In this document: piece by piece, positions 34,851-40,763 of the stretch
Numbering within the stretch: position 1 is the stretch's first letter
Layout: each line of letters starts with the position of its first letter
IMG/VR virus record: IMGVR_UViG_3300020403_000029
Coordinates: 1-40,763 of that record
Direction: 5' to 3' (one strand)
Origin: a virus
Lineage: Duplodnaviria > Caudoviricetes
DNA: 40,763 bases
Program-made: the position numbers and the translations under genes
Notes under the pieces: model-generated
What the model saw: the letters and a program-made list of their open reading frames with translations, nothing else
Told to the model about the DNA's origin: nothing
Database searches by the model: none

Positions 34851-37800
34851 TATACAAACTCTACTTTACTATTTTCAATTTTTTCGCTATAAACTTCAAT
34901 GACTTCAATCGCTTTATTAACAAGTTGTGTAATAGAAGCTTTTTTTCTTTTTTCTTTTTTAATTTCATTAATTGTAACAATTGCGCTTGAAACCTGAGCG
35001 TAAGTCGATCCGATGTTTGCAAAAACATTTACTAGACTAGCTTTATCGTCACCTGAAAGATTGATTAATTCGTCCATTGTATGTGGCACTATAATTTTAC
35101 CATCTTCAGTGAATAATTTTAATCCATTGCTAGCAAGAATTGAAGTTAAAGCGCCATCTTTTACTTTCACAGCACTTTTATCTATTTTTGCCTGAATGGC
35201 TCCTAGATATTTACTACTTGATAAAGATGGAGAATTATTATTTCTATTATTTACTCTTTCTAAAGCTTTAACATAAGCACTATTTGCTATTTTTTCGCTA
35301 AAAAATCCAAAAGAATGTACACCTTTCATTCTTAAATGAATTTCTTCATTACTATCTAATTTGTTGTCTTGTCTATATTTGCTTAATTTGCCGTAAAGAG
35401 CTTCTCTTTGCTTTCTAAAAGTAAATGGAGACTTGTATTTAGACTTTCCCTCTTCGTACAACTTTTCTTTTAGACCGTCAAGAGAAGATTTTACTCCACT
35501 TGGCGACATCAGTTCGCTTAAAGCTTTATATTTTTTTATAGCATCTAAAGCGTACATAGCATAGTGAAACTTTCTCTTGTCTCCATCAAGATAAGTATCA
35601 TTTTCGACTTTATCTAAAAGTTCAACAGTCTCTTGGTATTGATCGTAATAAGGGTTTCCTTTTACAAAATATTCTCCTAAGTCACCTTTAAGAGATTTTT
35701 TTAACTCAGACATCATTTTTTTTGAACCTTCAAGACCAGCTATAAATTCTCCACCTACAATCATACCAAAATAACCGCCGGCGCCAAAAAAACCTTCTTC
35801 TTCTTTAGCTTGCTTTTTTCTTTGTGTCAAAGTAATGCTTAAGTCTGCAACCCCTCTTTTACCTGATCCGAATCCTTTCATTGCAGCTGCATCTCTAAAT
35901 TCTGTTAATTGTTTTCCAAACAAAGCACTAACTGCAGCTTGTTGAGCTGCGTTTAAATTATCGTATCCCACAACTATAACTCTTGCAAAAGCACCTATTA
36001 AGCTTACAGCTAAACTTGAAAACATACTGTAGAGTTCTTTAACAACAACACTACCCGCAGCAAAAAGTTTATGTGATTGCCACGAAAATCCTGTCCAAGC
36101 TGATGCTATTTCTGATACTAAGTCTTCATGATCTTTTTTTGATATGCCTAACCAATCTAGAATTGTAAAGTCTTTGTTTATATCAAACCCTAAATTTCTT
36201 AAAGACTTCATCATAGGGCTATTAGGATTCTCAGTTTCAGCAAGAGATGATGTAAGCAAGTTAAAAAATACTGATACTGCAATCGCTGCACCTTTAATTA
36301 TACTTCCCATTATTTTACCGCCAAGTCTAAAAATACTTCCAAACAAACCTCCACCTTCTTTAAATAATTTTTTCATATCATCAGAAGTTCTTTTTACTTG
36401 ACCACGAATTCCTGCATTATCCTCAAACTGCTTTGAAGATATTATGTCACCAAATATATTAAAAGTATTTTCTTGTAAGTCATCAATAATATTGTCCATT
36501 AATGCTTTGCCTTTTTTAGACTTAACTTCACTAGAAACTTCACGTATGTGCTTTAAAGCAACTTCTAAAGGAATATTCTTGTCTTTTAAAACATCTATTA
36601 TTCCTTTGTCTTTTAAAAGTTGTGCTGTGTCTTTGTTTGCCAACATTAATTTAGTTGCAAGTTTAGTCTTTTCTCTAAGTTTAGCTCTTCTTACATGATC
36701 AGAGTCAAGCATTGCTGTGTTTGTTGTTTTTAAAACATCAAGTATACTATCAACTTTTTTTCTATTTTCACTTTTGAACTTTTGAGGTGTTACAAAACCT
36801 ATAAGATTTGATGTAATTGATGTTGCTTGATAAATTGTGTCTTTAAAACTTTGGCTTTTAAAAACATTATCTACTTTTTGAACAATCATTATTATAGGCG
36901 CAGTAATTTGTTGTATCATACCTTTATCTAAATTCAAGCCAAACAAATATATGTCTTCATATAATTTACTCAAAGACATAGCAACTGAGCGAACTTTTGC
37001 AGATGAAGCACCATTTTTTGCAAGTCCTTTAATAAATGCTTCAAAAGGACTTTTAAATGTCATTACTTTCTGTATTTCTTTTACAGAGGAAGTCAAACTT
37101 TTAATTGCATCAATTTGTTTTTTTGTTGGGTTGTCATTTGCAATTTTTTGTCTTGCTTCTTCGTAAGAAAGTCCCATATTCTGGTATGTCATTAAAGATT
37201 TTAACATTGCATCATTCATACCAGTTGTAGTTTGCATTAATTGCTTTTCATGTCTATTTAAGTCTTGATAATCTCTACCTGTTGCAAACATTGCATCTCT
37301 AAAGTTATTAACAATTTCTTCTGGGTTTCGTGCTGTTAATAAGTCTAAAGCGTCTATACTCATTCCAAAAGACTGATATAACATTGCAGATGTTTTTGCA
37401 GCATCGTCAAAAGACGTGAACTTATTAAATATGCTGACAAGATCTTCAGCACCTACATTTAATTGACGCATTTTAGCAACAGTTCTTGCTAAGTTTTGGT
37501 TTGATAAGTGACCGAAGTCTTTAATGTTTGTTCTTAGTTTATGAAAACCTACAAGAACTTGTTTTGTATCTACACCAAATTCATCAGCTGCTTGTTCTGT
37601 AGTAGCTCTTACACTGTCTAAAGTTGTAGCAATATTGCCTAAATTAACACTAGTATCTAATGCATAATAAGAAAGATCTTTTGAACTTATACCTAAAGTT
37701 CTCATTGCTACTAAAAGATATTCAGCACTTTCTGAACTATTAGTTACCTGTGGGCCTATAGTTTCTGCAACCATTCCCATATCATCTATTGCTTTAGATA

Positions 37801-38689
37801 TTTCCGACAAAAAAGCTGCAGCGCCTGCGGCTCCTTCCCCAAACATCTTTACCATTAACGATCTTGGGTTTTCAAAAGTTTTAAGCGCACCAACTGCAGT
37901 TGCTCTTATTTTTGATATTCCTTTTCCAATTAAAGAATTAGCGTCTGAGTATTCTTTTGTTGATTGATATGCATTTCCAATAGTCTCAATAATATCTTGT
38001 CTAAATGCATTACCAATTTCAACAGCTTTTTCTGCTACCATAAAAGGTAATGCCATTGACAACTTAAAAAAATTAGACACTAATCCTATAATTGATCCTA
38101 CAACTTTAAAAAGCCCTGTTATTATTAATCTTGGAATATCAACAAGTAAAGTTATACCTTTTGAGCCTATTGCTCTTTTAACAATATCTAGACGATTAAA
38201 CCCTGCAATAAGTTCTTTTGACTTTTTATCAATAGTTTTAAATATTGCGTCTGTAATTAACCATCGTTTGCTATTGTATGAATAGTTTTTTGTTGCTTCA
38301 TCTCTTTTCTTAGACATTGAAACTTGTGAATTATTTAAGTTTGTTCTTTTTTTAGTATCATCAGCCAGTTGCTGTGATGATGTTCGTGCACTTTCTGCTT
38401 GATTAACAGCATTTTGTGAGGACTTTTCTATATCTTTACCAATTTTTGCTTGCTCAGGTATTATATTACCTGAAAATGCTTTTTGCATTTTTTGAGCAGT
38501 TTCAAAAAAGTTGCCAGACATTTTCTCATATTTATCACTAAACTGTGTTAAAGATCTATTTAAATTTTGAGAAATCTGTATTTGCTGTTCAAAAGAGTTA
38601 CTAATTGTTTGTCCATTTTCTACAATTAAATTAATTGATTGAAGAAGCTGCTGTGCGTATTGGACTTGTAGTTCTAATGACTCAGACAT
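34850..38689 (-). CDS. tape-measure-like protein 1 (paralog of 30855..34850)
   Basis: 1279 aa; FNKFTSFDDAAKTSAMLYQSFGMSIDAL; TAATG coupling to its paralog. Confidence 0.75.
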   Translation of the reverse strand: MSESLELQVQYAQQLLQSINLIVENGQTISNSFEQQIQISQNLNRSLTQFSDKYEKMSGNFFETAQKMQKAFSGNIIPEQAKIGKDIEKSSQNAVNQAESARTSSQQLADDTKKRTNLNNSQVSMSKKRDEATKNYSYNSKRWLITDAIFKTIDKKSKELIAGFNRLDIVKRAIGSKGITLLVDIPRLIITGLFKVVGSIIGLVSNFFKLSMALPFMVAEKAVEIGNAFRQDIIETIGNAYQSTKEYSDANSLIGKGISKIRATAVGALKTFENPRSLMVKMFGEGAAGAAAFLSEISKAIDDMGMVAETIGPQVTNSSESAEYLLVAMRTLGISSKDLSYYALDTSVNLGNIATTLDSVRATTEQAADEFGVDTKQVLVGFHKLRTNIKDFGHLSNQNLARTVAKMRQLNVGAEDLVSIFNKFTSFDDAAKTSAMLYQSFGMSIDALDLLTARNPEEIVNNFRDAMFATGRDYQDLNRHEKQLMQTTTGMNDAMLKSLMTYQNMGLSYEEARQKIANDNPTKKQIDAIKSLTSSVKEIQKVMTFKSPFEAFIKGLAKNGASSAKVRSVAMSLSKLYEDIYLFGLNLDKGMIQQITAPIIMIVQKVDNVFKSQSFKDTIYQATSITSNLIGFVTPQKFKSENRKKVDSILDVLKTTNTAMLDSDHVRRAKLREKTKLATKLMLANKDTAQLLKDKGIIDVLKDKNIPLEVALKHIREVSSEVKSKKGKALMDNIIDDLQENTFNIFGDIISSKQFEDNAGIRGQVKRTSDDMKKLFKEGGGLFGSIFRLGGKIMGSIIKGAAIAVSVFFNLLTSSLAETENPNSPMMKSLRNLGFDINKDFTILDWLGISKKDHEDLVSEIASAWTGFSWQSHKLFAAGSVVVKELYSMFSSLAVSLIGAFARVIVVGYDNLNAAQQAAVSALFGKQLTEFRDAAAMKGFGSGKRGVADLSITLTQRKKQAKEEEGFFGAGGYFGMIVGGEFIAGLEGSKKMMSELKKSLKGDLGEYFVKGNPYYDQYQETVELLDKVENDTYLDGDKRKFHYAMYALDAIKKYKALSELMSPSGVKSSLDGLKEKLYEEGKSKYKSPFTFRKQREALYGKLSKYRQDNKLDSNEEIHLRMKGVHSFGFFSEKIANSAYVKALERVNNRNNNSPSLSSSKYLGAIQAKIDKSAVKVKDGALTSILASNGLKLFTEDGKIIVPHTMDELINLSGDDKASLVNVFANIGSTYAQVSSAIVTINEIKKEKRKKASITQLVNKAIEVIEVYSEKIENSKVEFV

Positions 38690-38690
38690 A

Positions 38691-38942
38691 CTAGAGTCTC
38701 CAAGTAATGCCTGTTAAATTTTCAAACTTTTTTGCTACACTCTTTTTTTGTTTTGCTAATACACATGCTAATTCATAGTCTGTTTGTTCGTCAAGAGCAT
38801 CTTTAAGCTTTTTTGAAACATTTAAAAGTTCATACAGACAGTCTATTTGTGCATCATTGGCATTAATAGACACATTAATGTCTTCACCTACAATATATTG
38901 TGCAGCGATATAGTGCAATAGTTTTTCTTTTTGTAAATTCAT
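38691..38942 (-). CDS. hypothetical tail-module protein
   Basis: 83 aa ending KKFENLTGITWRL, 1 nt before the tape-measure start. Confidence 0.7.
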   Translation of the reverse strand: MNLQKEKLLHYIAAQYIVGEDINVSINANDAQIDCLYELLNVSKKLKDALDEQTDYELACVLAKQKKSVAKKFENLTGITWRL

Positions 38943-38983
38943 AACGTTGCCTAATTAATCGATTATCTATTATATATATATTC

Positions 38984-39229
38984 TCATCCAAAAGACTTCC
39001 TAAAAGATCTTGCACCACTTGTATTTCTTTGTGATGTAGAATAACCATTAGATTGCTGCTGTTTTGCTTCTTCAAACTCCTTTTTTAATCTACCTATAAA
39101 CCAAAATCTTTGCCAAACAGGACAAGAATATGCATCTTTGTAGGTGAAACCTAAGTGATATACTAAAGCAAATATTTGCTCTAAGTATAAATCTTTATCA
39201 TTCGGTGTCAGGCCAAAAAAACGCGGCAC
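38984..39229 (-). CDS. tail assembly chaperone C-terminal (GT / gp51-like) segment, probably reached by frameshift
   Basis: LEQIFALVYHLGFTYKDAYSCPVWQRFWFIGRL; overlaps the upstream gene's 3' end in the +1 frame across a T7 run. Confidence 0.7.
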   Translation of the reverse strand: MPRFFGLTPNDKDLYLEQIFALVYHLGFTYKDAYSCPVWQRFWFIGRLKKEFEEAKQQQSNGYSTSQRNTSGARSFRKSFG

Positions 39230-40043
39230 CCATAGGAAGGCCTACCTCACTTTGCTCGTGACAATGTGGACAACTCATCCAAGACTTCATGATAATTCCT
39301 GGCTCATGCTTATCTAAAAATCTTCTAAGTGCTAAAGAATCACGTGCAGGCAAATTTTTAACAAAGAAATTAATTTTATTTTTATCAGAAACACCTTCGA
39401 CAGAAACAACAGATCGAGAAAGTCTATCAGTAATTGCTGACTCTATCTTCATTCCGCTCTTTTTTCTTCTTTCACTAGTAATCATCATATCACGCTCATC
39501 TGAGCCTGTTAAAAACTTAACTCGTACATTTTTCTTTGTTACGGGAAGTTTAACCTCAAATAAGTTTTGTCCTCTTTCAACTGGCTCAACTTCGAGTCTT
39601 TTAATTTCAAGATCTGCCAGATTAAATGATTGTTTACTCTTTGTTCCACATTCTGGGCAATCAACTTCAACGTCATAATCAGCACCGTAACCTGTAATTC
39701 TAAGTGAAACAAGCAAAGCATTTCGATCGCCTGAAATGAGTGAGTCAGGTTTAATTCTCTTGTCTATAATACATGATTCTAACAATTTTGTTAGAACTGT
39801 ACCACTTTTAATGTAAGCTCTACTAGTAAGAATATCTTCTTCTCTTGCTGTCATAGGTTTAATATCAATTGTATCACATCCGTGAATAACACCGTCATCT
39901 GGATAAATAATACCTCTTGAAGGCAAAGGAACACTTTCTACTGGGATTTCAAACCCAAAGTCATCCTTCATTACATTTGAAACCTGTATTGGACCATCTT
40001 TTCTTACTTGATCGGGACTAATTGGTGTATCTAAGTCATTCAT
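39198..40043 (-). CDS. baseplate hub/tail assembly chaperone, T4 gp26-like
   Basis: VPLPSRG..Y, IKPMTAREEDIL, GDRNALL..LRITGYG, CPECG, LPARDS..LR, CPHCH, terminal FFWP; AGGAGA RBS. Confidence 0.82.
   Translation of the reverse strand: MNDLDTPISPDQVRKDGPIQVSNVMKDDFGFEIPVESVPLPSRGIIYPDDGVIHGCDTIDIKPMTAREEDILTSRAYIKSGTVLTKLLESCIIDKRIKPDSLISGDRNALLVSLRITGYGADYDVEVDCPECGTKSKQSFNLADLEIKRLEVEPVERGQNLFEVKLPVTKKNVRVKFLTGSDERDMMITSERRKKSGMKIESAITDRLSRSVVSVEGVSDKNKINFFVKNLPARDSLALRRFLDKHEPGIIMKSWMSCPHCHEQSEVGLPMGAAFFWPDTE
39215..39221 (-). other. putative programmed frameshift site GCG TTT TTT TGG
   Basis: Seven consecutive T on the minus strand, readable as Phe-Phe in both overlapping frames. Confidence 0.6.
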
Positions 40044-40060
40044 TATATTTACGTATCTCC

Positions 40061-40763
40061 TTAAAATTGCGCTTCAGTAATTGCTTCTGCAGAAGAACCT
40101 GATAGTAAACTTATCTCATTTAGTATATCAGCTAATTCAATGTTTATAATATCAAAGTTATTGTTTTCGTTAAACTGTAAAGCTATTGTTCCTCTAATAA
40201 TATAATTTTGTGCATCTAATATAGTTTGATCATCTACTATACTTGGTATTCTAACATTGTAGTTTGTTATAGTGTTATTGTTAACTAAATCATCTAAAAT
40301 ATTTCTTAATTGTATTTCTAATTTTGAATTTATATTTTGAATACTACTATTTTGATTAAATAATAAAGGTTCTGAAGAACCGAAAATTGTTTTTGTCATT
40401 AAAGCAAGTTTAATTTCTTTTTTAACTTTTAGTAATTTATCAATTATACTAAATAAACTAAAAGTAGAATTTCTAATATCAAAAGAGGTAGTCTGTGAAT
40501 TTAAATTTACACCTTGCGCTGCTGGAAAAAATAAAGCATTTATATAATTTTCTCTTAACTTCTTTAAATCTGATGACCAGTTAGTGTTATTATAGTTTAA
40601 TCTTTCTTGAATTAAGGTTAAATTATAATCATTTAAACTTTCACTGTCAGTAAGAGTTGTTATATTATCTAAGTCTTGCGCTATTCTCTTAATAACAAAC
40701 AAAGAAGGATCAAATATTTTAACACTACCAGTAAAAGGATTACTACCTAAAATAGTTCCATAT
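40061..40763 (-). CDS. tail-sheath-like protein C-terminus (degenerate), 5' part outside window
   Basis: Frame stays open to the window edge (YGTILGSNPFTGSVKIFDPSLFVIK...); KLLKVKKEI...LLFNQN...LDDLV...YNVRI...NYIIRGTIALQF follows the sheath C-terminal pattern. Confidence 0.6.
   Translation of the reverse strand, partial: YGTILGSNPFTGSVKIFDPSLFVIKRIAQDLDNITTLTDSESLNDYNLTLIQERLNYNNTNWSSDLKKLRENYINALFFPAAQGVNLNSQTTSFDIRNSTFSLFSIIDKLLKVKKEIKLALMTKTIFGSSEPLLFNQNSSIQNINSKLEIQLRNILDDLVNNNTITNYNVRIPSIVDDQTILDAQNYIIRGTIALQFNENNNFDIINIELADILNEISLLSGSSAEAITEAQF

Noticed and set aside
1843-39678. All plus-strand ORFs and short nested minus-strand ORFs in the track (e.g. 4346..4645, 15589..15960, 39289..39678, 3337..3597, 38884..39075)
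   Set aside because: They are antisense or out-of-frame shadows of well-supported genes, with no recognisable motifs.
1-40763. Stop-codon reassignment (seen in some jumbo phages)
   Set aside because: Conserved genes are full length under code 11, and TAA, TAG and TGA all end genes at the expected C-termini.
1-40763. Giant eukaryotic virus or bacterial chromosome origin
   Set aside because: Despite the Mimivirus-like Nei, the contractile-tail genes, gp32-like SSB, endolysin, SD sequences and coupled operons indicate a bacteriophage.
1-40763. tRNAs, CRISPR arrays, introns/inteins, IS elements, intrinsic terminators
   Set aside because: Intergenic gaps are at most about 130 nt with no cloverleaf, repeat-spacer array or GC hairpin plus U-tract visible; nrdA, helicase and recA have no insertions. 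Short elements could be missed by eye.

Overview
AT-rich, gene-dense segment of a large (jumbo-type) contractile-tailed myophage. Every credible gene is on the minus strand and the standard genetic code 11 fits. In transcription order (right to left) the window holds four modules. (1) A tail/baseplate module: degenerate sheath-like protein, gp26-like chaperone with an overlapping frameshift ORF, two tandem tape-measure-like paralogs, tube-initiator, LysM/gp53-like wedge and a 1694-aa hub protein. (2) A replication module: minimal family A polymerase domain coupled to an apparently dead HD protein, a ligase-fold protein, gp32-like SSB, a lipoprotein, RecA, 5'-3' exonuclease and DnaB/gp41 helicase. 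(3) dNTP supply (dut, nrdA, nrdB, thioredoxin), ClpP, two paralogous putative head proteins and an amidase endolysin. (4) A nucleotide-metabolism/repair cluster: canonical ThyX, T4 gp56-like all-alpha dNTPase, a second ThyX with a rewired active site, a nucleoside deoxyribosyltransferase/N-hydrolase, a zincless Nei, a pyrimidine-dimer glycosylase and an NDP-sugar SDR. The best candidate for an undescribed system is this ThyX-paralog-centred putative modified-nucleotide pathway. Other candidates are the mini-PolA plus pseudo-HD pair, a likely +1/-2 tail-chaperone frameshift, the duplicated tape measures and a gene-32-like translational operator. All assignments come from motif recognition by eye; no database searches were run.
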